A DNA stretch of 53,751 nucleotides, filler included, from Sphacelaria rigidula (GCA_964200075.2; 5 parts of 5 records of this genome joined end to end with filler, not necessarily neighbours in it), one strand, 5' to 3'. Counted from the whole stretch's first letter, positions 22,833 to 36,830 are shown. Translations and numbers: made by a program. The notes: generated by a model from the letters alone, not told the origin.

Positions 22833-25258
22833 TTCAAAGTGTGAGGAAAAAAAAATAACTGTCGTATATATGTATATATAAATATAACGACAAAGGGCGT
22901 TGTGCAGAGAAGAAGGTGACAATTACGGCGATTAAGGTACACCACTCATAAACGACCGATTTCAGCTGGGTGCAGCAAAAACGAATACCTCGGTCACCAG
23001 CTGTACCCTACAGTGGACCAAAAAGCACAAGGTATATATCTTTGTGATCATTGCCTGGTCTCAAACTTCAGTCTCGATTTCTGGTTGAGCCCATGTCTCC
23101 GCCTACGACGTACGAAACGCAAAAAGAGAGATAGTGTCGTCGAAAATATCCGACCCGTCGAGATCCGTTCATCTTAGTCGCTACACGGTGTATAACGCTC
23201 GGGGCAATAAGAACTTAATCCCAACGTCATCCTAAACTGTGCCGGCCAGCGCCGCTGGAAAATGACTCGATACTTCTCTACACGGGGTATTGATGCGGCA
23301 GTGCAGAACTACATTTATACCACACCCTGGACAATAGGTTATGTTGTAAAAAAATGTACTGTACTGCGTGCAGTATGGGGGGGGAGGGGGGTTGGTCCCC
23401 GTGAGAGGTGCCTCGGCTAGCATGTGCTCAACATTGTCACCGACGGGAGGTGTTATCCTCCGTGATCAGTGACATAGCTGCCCTGGTTTTTATATTCTTG
23501 AAACTGTCACCCAAGGGGTGTTATCCTCCGATCCAGGGCATTGGTACCTTCGTTGCATACTTCCAAGGGCGTCGTTGAGGGGGTGTCATCTCCCGCCATC
23601 TGTACCATAGGAGCCTTGGTTGCACATCCCTACAATTGTCGCCGATGGGGGTGCTACCACCCGTGCTCGAGGATGGAAATGTATTGAATGAATGCACCCC
23701 GTTTGCTAACGCCGTGTCGCGCTTTCCAGTCGTACCTGAAGCGGTCGCGAGGGCAGCCGCGAGCGATCTTTGCCTCAGGGAGAGAGAAACAACGCCCGCC
23801 AGCGTTATGGTCACCGCAGCCTTCACGACCAACGCTCGCGCACCCCGCAGTCCCTTATTCGTCGACCGAGCCGCCAGCCACAATCCCGCTAGGGATACCT
23901 GATTTTTTGTTCAATTTCAGTCGTCACGTTCGATCAAATTGCGTTTCGTGTACTGCATATAAGATGGTCCAGACACTGCTTATTGCCCCTTCGTCCACCC
24001 GGCTCGCCAGGAATATCCCCCCGCTGCTTTTTTTTCAACCCTACTGGACTACTAGACTTCGAAGTAATGGATTAAGAGAAACACGACGCACTGAATTACT
24101 CTTCTCCGCCATAGAAACGGGATTCCGGGCAGCCGACCGGCAAATCCTGTCTAGTCGGTCTAACTGCTGATGTGGTTCACTGAGCCTGTAGTTGTGATAG
24201 ATCATTTCCTGTCTTACTGCAGACGTGTATCGTGTTTCGAGCATAGTTATCCTGTTGTACAAAACGCAGGCTAGGACCCCTTTCCCTCTTCCCTCCCTCT
24301 CGGAGGCCTTCGGTGAAGCAGAGCCTGTTGTCTCGCCCTCATACCCTCTAACGTTTCAGAGACGGTCCACCGGCGATATTGTTCCGAAATTGACGTAGCA
24401 CTTGAAAAAAAAACGAATCCTCCGCGCACCGCGACCGAATATTGGTATGTTTTCCGTTTGTTGTTGGCATGCAGGTATCGCTGATAGTAGAGTATATCAC
24501 CGAATAGCCCCTGCAAGCAAAGGCTGCTCCCCCCCCCCATTCCCACCTCCCCCTTCAAGGGTTGGCGTCGATTGGCAGCGACGTTGTACAACACAGCACT
24601 GACTCCGTAAGCTGGGCACCAACGTTTATCGGGGGGCTTCTCACTTGCCTTTATGGTCATCGAGCTAGATCATGTTGTGCGGGTGGAAGAACCTCTCAAC
24701 TCCGCGCAAACGGAATGATCATAGTACGTAGTGTGTTTCCCATGAGGCAATGTGTCTCCCGTGGCTGTCTCTGCAAGTGGCGATGCCAGAAAATGAACCA
24801 ACTCATTCGAGGCTGTCATCCATATGCGAGAAAATCAGTGGGCTTCGGGCCGAAAAGTCTTAGCAGGATGCAGCTCACCCTTCATGCGACTCGCCAAACA
24901 CATCACGGCGGTTCACGCTGGTTGATAAAATACGAGCCTGGTCCGGCGAAAACCTGGCGTGTTCCGTCCCGGCTTTGTAGGGATGCGAGTTCAATGGTCT
25001 CATGACTATGGCATGCAAGATAATGAATATCCCCCCCCCCCCAACACACACACACACACACACACATGCCCCCCTCCTACCCAGCGCGGGGCTTTCAGTA
25101 AGTGGTTAATTGATTGTCACACATTAACTAATCGCCGATCCCCTAGGAGTCACAATCCAGCTGAGGTTGCAGGTGAATAAAGACGGAAAGACTCGCTGTT
25201 GAGCTATGAGTATACAAGACTCCACGAACAGGGGGGAAATGAAGACAGGGGGGGGGGG

Positions 25259-25423
25259 CGTACTAATTTGTTGCCTGCCCTAGTCGTTTGACCATTGACC
25301 ACGCATCCTTTCGACCACGCATCCCTTTCGAGATGGAGCAGGAAGACAGGGGCGGGGCGTAATCATTCGCTGCTTGCATTAGTCATTTCACCATTGACCA
25401 CGCATCCCTTTCGAGACAGAGCA
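25259..25423 (-). mobile_element. Two tandem ~65-80 bp LINE 3'-end insertions in one G-run target
   Basis: Both begin cgta.t.att on +, and both end gaga..gagca. Direct repeat gaagacagggg at 25241 and 25342. Confidence 0.8.
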
Positions 25424-27289
25424 CAGGAATCAAGGCAGGGGGAGAGAACCAACGGAGTCAACTGAAAACCGAGAACCATTCCAATACAGAACCAAAATCG
25501 GCCGAGGCTAACTCCGTTCCCTCTCTCCGCCGGTATAGACCATCGTACAACACCTCACGCCTTCACCGAGAATGGATCGCTCGTGTGTGCGCAGACAGAA
25601 GCAGCTGAACCCTGAGGCGTTTCAGTGCCCATCTTGTACCAAAGGGGGGTTATTGGCTACAAGCACCTCTCGTGTATGGCAGAAATTCTGGCCCGACATT
25701 CGCTCCAGCAGTCAGCGGGGAAAATTGAGGATTCGACACTCGGCCGGTGCGGGTTTTTCTGTGAGAAGTGCTCGTATCTGATTCCCGTCTTTGAAAACTT
25801 CAGGTCATGAGCAGCAAAAAAGGCATGACTGACGAAAAGTTCACTGTTGTAGCGCGGAAGTGTTGATCCATCCCGTCCGCGACAGCAAAATGTACAAGCA
25901 AGAAGTGTGTATCTCGGGAGAGATGGGTAAACCCCCCCGACACCTCGGACTCGACCCGAGGAAGAGAAGAGGTTGTTGAAATAAATAATAAAAAGACTGA
26001 CGAAAAAAAAAGAAGACACTGTTGCAGTACAGCATGACTTTTATGCCATGAGATTTTTCTTCCCCTCATGCCCAGGACAATACGTTGAATTCAGTGTGTC
26101 GGTCGTCTACTTGAGTTCTGTGTGCCACCACATTGACCTTGAATTCAACTTCAACGTGGTGAATGATTATTTTTTATTTTATTTCTTTGGAGGGTGTACA
26201 GTCCACAGCAACTCGGTTCTAGTATAGTGTAGTGTAGCCTGAAACCTCGGGTAGGGTAACCCCCCTCCTCACCTGCTGCTACAAAAGTAGAATCCGCTGG
26301 GTACTGGCGAAGCCAGCTAGTATACAGGTGTCATACACTTGATCCTGTCAGTGTCTGAGATCTGCGGGCAAAGCCGCACCAGAGGACTATTTCCACGCGA
26401 TTTGGAATCACTGGAGCAAGAATGCGATTCGGCTTCACTCGCGGCGCAAATAGATGTATTTCCGTGGAGTAATGACGCGTTATAGTGGGACCCACGTACA
26501 GAAACTAGGAAATGACTGGCAGTACTGACTGGTATTTTTCAGCACCAGAGTATTGCACACCTTGGACAATATATGGTTAATAGTTGCAATAGACAAGAAA
26601 CGTACTGCATAGAGTATAGGCCTATTACGACTATTGTCGGCCGGCAATAGTTCACATCTTGGACAATATATGGTCAATAGTTGCAACAGACAAAAACGTA
26701 CTGCGTATAGTATAGGCCTATTGCGACTACAGGTATTGTCGGCCGGCAACAGTTTCAATAGGCCTATACTTTATGCAGTACACTTCTCGTCTAATGCATT
26801 TACTGACCATATATCGTCCAGGGTGTGGAACATTACTGGTAAAAGTAAACAGCAGTACTGCCGCTACTGCAGTATCCAGCCTCATCATGTCGTGGGCCTC
26901 AAGGGAGGGATGTTGTCTAGCCTGCCTTTGCAGGATCCCTCGCGGGGTGGATAAATATCCTGGACGGCGTTCAAATACCTGGAGAACGACTTTACTACGA
27001 ATTCACCTCGTTTACGTGGCTTCCCGGACTCGTCCTATGAGGTCGCACTCAATCTTTTCCAACACTCGGCTGGATTTTTATATCTTACTGCTTTCGTTTT
27101 GGCGTCCGAGAAATCGACGACGTTCATTTTTCAAAGCATCCAATTTCCAGCTTAGGGCTTTTGAATATATATATATACACCCCGTCGCACAGAAGGTGCA
27201 ACTCAAGTTTCACGTGGATGTACAGTAGCGAGTACAGGAAGAGCTGCACAATGCCGGGCGAGCATGGCCGCGCAGTGTTCTTCGCAGTA

Positions 27290-27606
27290 GACCTAGAGAA
27301 ATGTACGTGAACAATGGTTGGTACTCGACTATACTTGATTTCAGACAGAAGAAAATTCCGAGAAAAATAATGATTTGGGGCAGGTGAGCAGTGGTGAGCA
27401 GTAGACCCAGCTCGTCCAGAACGTGTTTTGATGCGAAATCTGCTGAAAGGCGTCGATTTGAGCTCTGGCAACGCACGCTTTGCACCCCTCTTGCCCGAGG
27501 GTTCTCGGTATGCCTTGGTCAGGGTCAGGGTCAGGGTTAGGGTTAGCGTTAGGGTTAGCGACATCTCCATAGTACCAACCATTGTTCACGTGCATTTCTC
27601 TAGGCC
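27290..27606 (+). mobile_element. TTAGGG-core element with a 34 bp inverted repeat (1 mismatch)
   Basis: cctagagaaatgtacgtgaacaatggttggtact / agtaccaaccattgttcacgtgcatttctctagg; about 7 (GGGTCA/GGGTTA)-type repeats at 27517-27560. Confidence 0.85.
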
Positions 27607-27979
27607 AGGTCCCCTTGTTTTTCGCGAAACACCAACAGAAAAAACAACCAGAACACGCTCCCTCGCGGAGGGCTCTTCACCAGACCTCCCGCCAATGAGG
27701 TGTATGTGTTTCTGCAGAGTGGTCTCCTTGCGTCATAATTGATCATTCCACTAAGCCAACTCAACCTAACCCGATTTCACCCCCAAATGGATCCCTCACG
27801 ACATGCATGATTAATAAATTGATTGGTTGATCAATGATGTAACGACTAATGCATCGATAGATGCGCTGATCGTCGCACATTAAATGATACCGGAGGAATC
27901 ATAATCCACTCGTGGTCACAAGAGAGACGTATTCGCCGCGCCCTCGTGGCCTGAATTAAAATGTTACAACTGGCACCAT

Positions 27980-28097
27980 TATTGATTTGATTGCTTGATT
28001 GCCGCACTTTAACTGACCCCCCAGGGGTCCCCCCGTGGTTTCATGATAGACGTATCCAATAAAAACAAAACCGAAACACGCTCTGGAGAAAAAAAGG
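27980..28097 (-). mobile_element. RTE-type 3' tail fragment
   Basis: Reverse complement ..atcatgaaaccacggggg..gggggtcagttaaagtgcggcaatcaagcaatcaaatcaat matches the tails at 15707 and ~21870-21978. Confidence 0.6.
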
Positions 28098-28912
28098 AAC
28101 AGAAAAATTTTAAAATAAACATATCGAACAGAACGACATAGCAGACTAAGTCGTGACAAAAAAAAAAGGAATAAAAAAATCAACACAAGCAAAGCACAGA
28201 AAAAAATGGCCGACCTACAACAAAAAACGAAGGAAAAGAAGAGAAAAGTACAGAGCAAATAAAAAAAAGGTGGAGAAAGTGCGGGTTCGATCCCCGCCAA
28301 AGGCCTCTAGTTTTTATTTTTATATTTTCGTGAGCACACTATGTCTGATTTCCGTCGTTGAAAGCTTGAGGATGTAAATAGCAAACAAGAATGTGTGTCT
28401 GACTGAATCCGTTTGACGAGATCCGACCCCGTGCGGGAGTGCTCGTGTAAAATCCACGACGAGCATGGTGAAAGGCGTGTGCCAGGGGAGAAATGCTACG
28501 GTGGAAAGGGTTGCACTTCTTGCTTTTGGGTCTTTTTTTATTTGTAATAGCCCAAACATATGGGGCTCACTGTGCAACCCAAATCTCCGAGGACCGGACT
28601 CCGGGGAGCATGGTGTTTGCCCGCAGGGGCCTTTTCATGAATCGGCATCATTTTTGGTGTTTAAAAAAAAAATGATGCCGTTTCTCAAAATGACCCATCC
28701 AACACCCCCGATCAGCCCCGAGAAACGTTTTCGCTCAAAAAGTGCAACCCCTACCACGGTAGCATTGCTCGGGGGGAGAGATGGGTCGATCCCGCAAGAC
28801 CACGGACTTATCTCGAGGAAGGGGGAGGGTCAAGGTTGAAGGTATGACGACGAAATAAAAAAAATAAAAAAGGAAGTCATGGTTTACAATACCGTTCGAG
28901 CCGATTGAAATA

Positions 28913-28943
<31 letters not shown>

Positions 28944-29251
28944 ACTGAACAATTTATTTTGTTTGTTGTTTGGGAGTTGTTGGGATTGTTGGGGGTGGAT
29001 CATTTATTTCTTCGAAAAAAGGGGTGGATCATTTATTTTTTTGGAAAAAAATAACACAAAATTGCTTTCCGTCGCATGAGGTGTGAAAAGGCGATTCCGC
29101 AAATATTTCATTCGAGAGTCGACGGGCTGCGAGGGTGGTCATCATCTAACGCTCGATACCAGAACTGCAAAGCAGGTGGGTCCTGCGGCGGCGTTGGGCT
29201 GGTCATCCCTTGAATGTACGGAACTCGATCCCAAGGGTGAAGGGGGAGGGG

Positions 29252-29528
29252 CGTACTCATTTCTCGCTTGCGTCAATCATTCGACCATTGACGACGCATT
29301 TTTTTTCGAGACGGAGCACCGTTCCTACTCGTAGTAGAGACAACTCCAACATTTGGGCGCCCGTGACGTTTTGCCATGCATGACACAATTTACAGATCTT
29401 ATCCCTTTCCTGTTTCGCCGTTTGTGGCCAAAATCTATCTCCTAGTATAGTGATTGTTTTCTCGCTACCCTCCAATGTACCAAACGATGTCATGCCACCT
29501 TGGTTTACTTCCCGCATTTCCCCCCTCT
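29252..29528 (-). mobile_element. 5'-truncated non-LTR retrotransposon 3' end (coding terminus)
   Basis: MREVNQGGMTSFGTLEGSEKTITILGDRFWPQTAKQERDKI..CVVNGRMIDASEK, ending ..aatgagtacg in a C-run. Confidence 0.8.
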
Positions 29529-31855
29529 AAGGGCGTGTCTTAGCACATGAATGTTTGATCGAAAAAGTGCGGTGGAAAACAAAAATCGCGATCTGACAGG
29601 TCGTAATTTCAACCATCGTCATTGATTTTGAAGATGCTTGAAACCACGACCTATCAGATCGGGATTTTTGTTCTCCCCCGCACTTTTTCGATGAAAAAAA
29701 AGAAGTGCTAAGACACGGCCTAACAGGTCCTGTTCCTCCTTGAATAGATAATATTCTGCCACTGTTGTTGTTGCTGTTGTTGTTGTTATCTTCATTAAAA
29801 ATCATTGCGATATCTGCGCGTTACATTCGTACTGGGCATCTGATGCGGACGCCTTCCGTGGTCACAGGCTAGCTACCTGTAACAAGGTATGAGGAAATCA
29901 ATTAAAACCAGAAAAAGAACTCACGAACGCGATAAAAGCAAAACAGGAATAAGAAATAAGAGAGAAGGAGAATACCACTACATTAGTTTTACTCTCCATT
30001 GCTGTACCATAGGGACGACTCTACGCATCTGACCTCAGGAGGGGCAGGGGGCATGCCGGGAAACGCCCTACAAAACCCATGCCCCTCAAAGTAGCGTGGG
30101 TGGCTTAACCCCAAATACGGATAAATGCATCACTCGAACATCTCAAAATATCCGGCACGAGGACAATGGTACACACAAAAAAAATCGTACCTACTTGTCA
30201 CCTTTCAAGTTTATCAAAAAAACGTCTGTGCCTCGTAAACAGGCTGATCGAAAGAGGCTTCGTCAATATATCTGCATGCTGCCATCCTGAGCCTACATGC
30301 ACAACCCTGATCTTTTCCATCCCCACCAGCTCTCGAATGAAGTGATATGGGGGGGGGGGAGAAGGCATGGCCAAGAAAACAGAATCATGTGCCGGTATGC
30401 TCGATTTCCTTCCGTTTCATTTTGTCCTGCCCTTACGTGACATTGACTCCTGTCTTATAACAGTGTATTGAGACGTGAAACGACAACTTACATATGCGAA
30501 ACATGTACCAACTGTTGTACGAATGACGGGCGGATATGAACGAACGAGTTTATCGAATGGTTCGTCCCATACGTGGAATAACCACCGAACTAAATATATT
30601 CATTCGTGTCGAGTGAGGGGAGGGTGGGGGGGGGGATTTCGGCGACCGGTACCGACTCTCGGTCCGTCATTCGTATGAGTTCATTTTTTTCTGTTCTTCC
30701 CTTTCCTGCTTTTGCCCCTTCATTCTTCATATTTTTCACCATTTCTCTAGTTTCCCTTGAGGGAGTATTTTCTGTATCTAATGACCAAGACTGAATGCGT
30801 AACGGATCAGGTCATGTGCGACACCCAGGATCGAGTATCGGTAGCAATAGTGTTGATATGTATCATTTCGTAGCGGCCGTCGCACCCCGGCGGTGAGAAT
30901 TAAAATGGTACAACTGAAACCGTGAGAGCGGAAAAAACGCAGGTTCGATTCCCCGCCAGATGAGTCTACTTTGTCTTTTTTCTCCCATTCATCTCATTTC
31001 CGTTGATGAAAGCGTTAGGACGTGAGTACTGTAACACCAATATTTAACTGAGTTTGTTTGACGAGAGTCGACGCGTTGGAAAAGTATTGATGATCATGAT
31101 CCAATCCGTGCTACCAAGATGCAAGGAAGGCGTGTTTCTGTACCGGGCGAGAGATTAGGTTGATCCCTTGAGACAGACCACGAACTCGTCCCGAGAAAGA
31201 CAAGAGGGAGGTGAAAAGAGAAGGAACAAAACAATGTTAATTGGCACAAATATCGCCAGTTTACCACCACAATATCGGCTATTTCGCCCATGAATGATGA
31301 CCTCGGTGTGATCAGCTTCAGCCTTTGCCTGACGCCTACCGGCACTACCACCGATAAATTTCGATGGTACCGTCAAATCCTACCGATGCATGACCCTAGC
31401 GGACAAAAATAATCAAGCGAACCAATTCACTGATTACACTTCATGCGCAACAGCGACGACTCACATGCAGGGAAGCCAAATTCCCGCCGGTGAGTCCATC
31501 CCCGCACCCGATGCACGCCCCGCACAGTGCAACCCCACACATGGCCAGCACAACAGCCACGCGGTTATCATCGCCAATTCTGCCTCGCTCGACTCCGCAA
31601 CCAATTGCTCCCACCGGCTTTCTAACGGCAGCGTCCCCTTCTGTGTTGCCCGACTGCTGCTCGTTTCCGCCCGCTGACGAGTTCGTTCAACGACACCAAC
31701 GGTAATCGAACAGGAAATCCTGGATTGGCTGGGGTAGTGCAGGCATGAAAAACTGAAGACAAAAATAAAGAATTTTCAAGTGGGAAGCAGGACGGCTTTA
31801 TATTCAACCACTTGCCGGGGGGAGAAGGGGGCAGCGGGGGGGGAGGGGGGGAAGG

Positions 31856-32211
31856 CGTACTCATTTGTTGCTTGCCGTAAGTCATTTCACCTCCGACCTT
31901 TGACCACGCATCTCTTTTCCCCTTTCTGTTTCGCAGTCTGTGGTCATTATTCATCTCCTACTATCGCGATCATTTTCTCGCTACTGTCCAATGTACCAAA
32001 CGATTTCATGTCACATTTGTTCACGTCTCGCATTTCCCTCTCGAACACGTTTCGTTTCTCTTTGTGTAGTTCACATTCTGCCACTGTGACAGTTCTGCTT
32101 TCTATTGCTTTGCCACAGGGGTAATTCTGTGCATCTACTTTGTCCGTCCAGGGGGGGGGGGCGTACTCATTTGTTGCTTGCCTTAGTCGTTTGACCACTG
32201 ACAACGCATCC
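31856..32211 (-). mobile_element. Same LINE family: longer copy with a degenerate C-terminal zinc knuckle, plus a second 3' end at 32162
   Basis: YPCGKAIESRTVTVAECELHKEKRNVFEREMRDVNKCDMKSFGTLDSSEKMIAIVGD; both copies abut G-runs on +. Confidence 0.8.
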
Positions 32212-34813
32212 NNNNNNNNNNNNNNNNNNNNNNNNNNNNNNNNNNNNNNNNNNNNTTAATTAATTAANNNNNNNNNNNNNNNNNNNNNNNNNNNNNNNNN
32301 NNNNNNNNNNNAGCATGCGTTTGGATATCGCACCATGACTACCGCCGCGAACGCCCCTGACTACCGTAGAGTAATTGCTCGGCGATGGCGGTCGCCTCAC
32401 CGTCGAAGTACTTGCTTACATCTGCGTGCGTCGGGTACATGTGGCCGCCGCTCGCGTGTTGCGCCATGACGTTTGATACCAGATGGAGGTGTGGAACTAG
32501 TACCACGCTCAGGTAGTACTGAACAGACAGACACGGTGTATCGAAGATGCTCGAACACCTACTCTTTGGTTACTTAATCTATGGTTGAGTTGGCATGATC
32601 AAAATGAGTTATGAGGGTAGACGGCGAACGTGTTTAGCAGGTTTCTACCTCTACCCTAACAAAAGTGCTCATTTTGACGACTGTGATTAGTCAGAATGGT
32701 CATCCCGCGTCTCTCGGGCCTCGTGCACGGCTCATAATTTTCCGCGAGACACTTCCAAACACACATGGTTGACTCCGTGAGCTTCTCCGATGCTCCGCGG
32801 AGAGACACCCCCCCCCCGAGCTCTGGAAACCCCCGGATGTTTCGGAACTGTCAGCCTGTACAACTGTTCCGAGGCGACGCTCGTCGTCTAAGGGTTAAAA
32901 AGCGAATGCGCCGGCCAAAAATCTGAGTTGGAGCGTAAAATTTGATGTGGACAATGCGTAGGGCATGAAAAAAACACTACGGAGTATATACAAGTGTACC
33001 AAGAGGATTTTTTTGTCATGAATTAAGGGCAGTTATCAGTTTTTTATTTACTCTTTTATTTTTACTTTCTACGAGTTTACCAAAAAAAAAAAAATGTCAT
33101 GGGTTAAGGGCAATCATCAGTGTACGGGTGTCAGTAAAATGCCCTCAACTCATGAAAAAAAAAGTTTTGGTACATTCGTGATTTTTTTCAATGCCCCGTG
33201 CATTGTCCATAACAAATTTTACGCTCCAATTCTAAGACCCACTTGTATGGGAACGAATCTCGATGTTTCTACGACCTCTATTTTGAAAAACTCGGGGGGG
33301 CTCAAAATCGGGGAGACCGTTTTATGGCAGACAACAGTACAGTAGTATCACAGACTTGTAAAAAGGTTCTGTACTCGTGCATGAAGCCGAAGAGCAGGCA
33401 GGCGCGAAACAATCCTTCGAGTACAGTGTCACACCTTGGTACCCTAGGGTAGGGTAGTACAGTGCAGGACATTACATCAGTTTAGTACATGATAATGCCG
33501 TGTGGTGGTACATGATGGCATAGCCGGTATTGCGAGAACAGAGAACAAACAGCGGGCGAGCATCGTTCAGTAGTGCAGTGCCGTACATCACCCCTCAAGT
33601 ACAGCGATAGCAGCTAGAAGGGTACAGTGATACATACGGCAGCGCAGCTAGTAGTGTTCGTTATAGTGATACATATGGCAGCGCAGCGCAGCATAAAATA
33701 TTACTGTCACCGTAGGGTACCGCGTCAGCACTTATTATCCGCTTGTCAAACCCCGTGCGAAGTTACTTCAACAGCTGGGGCGAGCAGTAGGCACGCCCTC
33801 TGCTGTCACGAGACTGTCTTCTGCTGCCGTTGCAAAAATATCGAACGCCTCGCACTCTAGCATCGTACGTCAGAGCACGTACGTCACCTAAAAAAAAGAA
33901 GGGGGAGTCACGATCTCATAACCATTTTCCCTGATTTTTTCGCTCCCGATTTAGTCCAAATCCGTGTCCATACGGGGCGTTCCCCGATTTTTCCCCCCAA
34001 TTTTGAAAAAATCGAGATTCGTGCTTGCCATGAAAGTGGGTCAAATATTGATCTGCGCATGGGCCTGCACACTTCAAATCCGCCTCTAGACTGGCCCAAC
34101 TCGTCGGCATCCGTCATGTTGTTGTGCGTACTGTGTGCAGGAGATCCTGGTGCAATTTCGGCCAAAAGTTCCTGAAATTGGCCAAGGCGGGCACTCTTTT
34201 ATGGTTCGGACGAATCATCGCCGGTTCGAATCACTAAATCCCCGATTTTTCAGGCATGGTTGCTCGAAAAAATGAGAAACGTTAACCGCTGTTCAAAAAG
34301 GTTTTGGCACAGTTTTTGCGCCATTCCACGTGCCTGGGCTGCGCGTACCTGGGTTGCAACGCTGGTAACACTGCCTAAGGATTGATTCGTACGGTACGAA
34401 TCAGTTACACTAAAATCAAGTAATTCCCAGTCGAATCATCAATTCGTCCGACCCTTGAACTCTTCGTGTGACGCCGCTGCGCCCCTTTAATTCCAAGTGA
34501 TTCACGAGACTCCAGTTATGGAGGTTATGAGTTCGAATCCAGACATAACTCTTTTTTCTGTTTCGTCGGGAAGGTCATACATCATGCAGTACATATTTCT
34601 CATTTTTTTCTTCATTCAGCGGCGGTGCCGTGCGTTACCAGGTTGGTCTGCAGGTAAACTTGATATATTCCTTGCCCCTCCTCGTCGACACACGATGAAA
34701 CATGAGATATTTTTTCTCGACTTTCCTCTCATCTGTAGGCCTCATCATGCTGGTACGTATCGTTGTGGTGATTTTTTCGTGTATGTTGGTGGTGGCATTA
34801 ATCAATACTCCAG

Positions 34814-34951
34814 GTGTAAGCCGCAGGTGGTATCTGCGGACGTTGTGGGCGGCTCTAACTCGACCCCCACCGTACCAGCCCTCGCGGGGGACATGCTACA
34901 GAGAGGCTGGGTCACGCGAGAAGAGTATGCCCAAATTTTGCTCGGTGACAG
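34814..34951 (+). CDS. Possible isolated exon of an unknown gene
   Basis: Bounded by ctccag| and |gtgaga; open frame KPQVVSADVVGGSNSTPTVPALAGDMLQRGWVTREEYAQILLGDR. No recognised family. Confidence 0.3.
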
Positions 34952-35514
34952 GTGAGACCGTTTGCCACTGCCATGCTCTCAGCTGGTAGCGTGGTCTGGG
35001 GGGCGGCAGGCGGCAGTGTGTACGTGCGTGTGTGTGTGTGTTCTTTGCTGGGATGTTTTGCACATGTTGGTTGCTTGGCGCTACAATAGATCCTTCAGCT
35101 TATGCTCTTGGCAGAACGGAGTACTCGGGGAGCGGCAGGCGAAGAGGGGGGGAGGGAAGCGCCTCGTCTACACTGTTGTGATGGATTGAGGGAGATTGCC
35201 GAGAGCCTTTGTTGACAGGCTACGCAATATAATGCCACTCGCTATGCTGCTCTGTACTGTATTGTGTTGTCATGCCGTGTCCCCGGTGTAACCGTCCGCT
35301 GACCTTGAGCTCCACGAGCTTGATGGGCTCCATGACCCGTCTTGACGGAAGCCGTAAAATCTTGAACAAAGAAGAGCATCCGACGATTTGCGCCCCGTGA
35401 TCGGTAGCTGCTGATTGGTTGACCTTTGATTGATGACCTTCGAGCATCTATCAATTATCATCGGAGGGCGTCAATCGCCACTTGGTTATTATTCGAATGC
35501 TGTTTCGGGTACAG

Positions 35515-35720
35515 TTAACCCCTTTGACCGCGAGGGAAGGTTACCCTCTGAATCGGCATCAATCTCACTTGAAAAAAAGTGTGTGTGATCCAGGTGGACT
35601 ATCCGCATCGCGGTGTAAGGGTTGAACTCTTCGGTCGTCAGGGTGGTTCATCTGTTTAATTGCCTTCGTTTTGACTTGGAAAATGGAGGCAAGGTCGAGA
35701 TGACTGCGGTCAAGGGTTAT
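35515..35720. mobile_element. piggyBac-like MITE inverted dimer (copy 2)
   Basis: ttaa-cccctttgaccgcgaggg..aatcggcatcaatctcacttgaa..gcggtgtaaggg-ttgaa-..gcggtcaaggg-ttat. Confidence 0.6.
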
Positions 35721-36502
35721 AATGTTGTAATCCCTTTGATTTTGGCCTACCAAGACAACATACCTCTGTCAAAATGTACCAATTTGTTGTATCGGGTTCG
35801 TACACGGCTTCTCCCGCAGTATAGGTCCCTCGAATAGTCAACATAGTGATTACACTAACAGGGTGGAAAGGAAAAACCGGGAAGGAGTGTACATGCTACC
35901 GTGTGGTCATTTTTACGAGGCACTAAACCTAGGTGGGCCGTATAATGACGAAATGAGCTACCCGTCATGAATTCTGCGTATACCTCTGCCGATGACTTGC
36001 AGTGTGCAGTTGACATGTATGTAGGCGAGGATGAAGAAGCGGTATATAGGCAGTTGATCTCGGTAGCCGAGAATTGCGCAGAACGTGCAAGGGAGTATGC
36101 AGCGGCAGCTGCTGCTTCAGTCGGAGAGGCGTACTACACTGTACTGTACGATACTGCTGTATGCATGCACGCCGCGACGTTGATACCCTTCGAAGAAAAA
36201 TTTGCCGCATGCAACAAAGGGGGAAATGGGGGCACACCCCAACCACAAAGGGTTCTGTGGCGGGGTGATGACGACCACAGTATGATCCAAAGCTACAAGT
36301 TGCGGGCGGCCCGTCGCATCCTGTTGGAAGCTCTCTTCGCGACCAATACTGCTTGCTACACCAGATGTACACCACCTAATCCGCACTCTGCACCTGAAAT
36401 TAGATAGGATGAAACTTTCGGTCTTTGTCATGACCCTGCGGTAACATACGCGGATTTTCAGCAACACGCCACTGCTTCGTGCAGACGCCAGACCAACAGA
36501 CG

Positions 36503-36830
36503 TTACCAACTGGTCGGAAAAAATGGTTGAAATTGAAACATACTCGTTTTATTGTTAGTCGGGGCGATGGATGAAATCACCAACAGATACAGGTGGACAG
36601 TGATGAGCCAGTAGACCCAGCTTGTCCATAACGTGTTTTGTTCCAAAATCGGCTGAAAGGCATCTAATTGAGCTCTGGAAACGCACATTGTGCCTAAGGA
36701 GCACTTTGCAGCCCCTTCGCCCGAGGGTTCTCGGTATGTCTTCGTCGTGGTCAGGGTTAGGGTTAGCGTTCGAGGTATGTAGGAGGCACCTCATTATTCG
36801 CGTGAACCATTTTTTCCGACCAGTTGGTAA
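36503..36830 (+). mobile_element. TTAGGG-core element with a perfect 26 bp inverted repeat; partial core copy follows at 36943-37052
   Basis: ttaccaactggtcggaaaaaatggtt (36503-36528) / aaccattttttccgaccagttggtaa (36805-36830). Confidence 0.85.

Noticed and set aside
27517..27560. True telomere or chromosome fusion site
   Set aside because: Short degenerate repeats embedded in a dispersed element.
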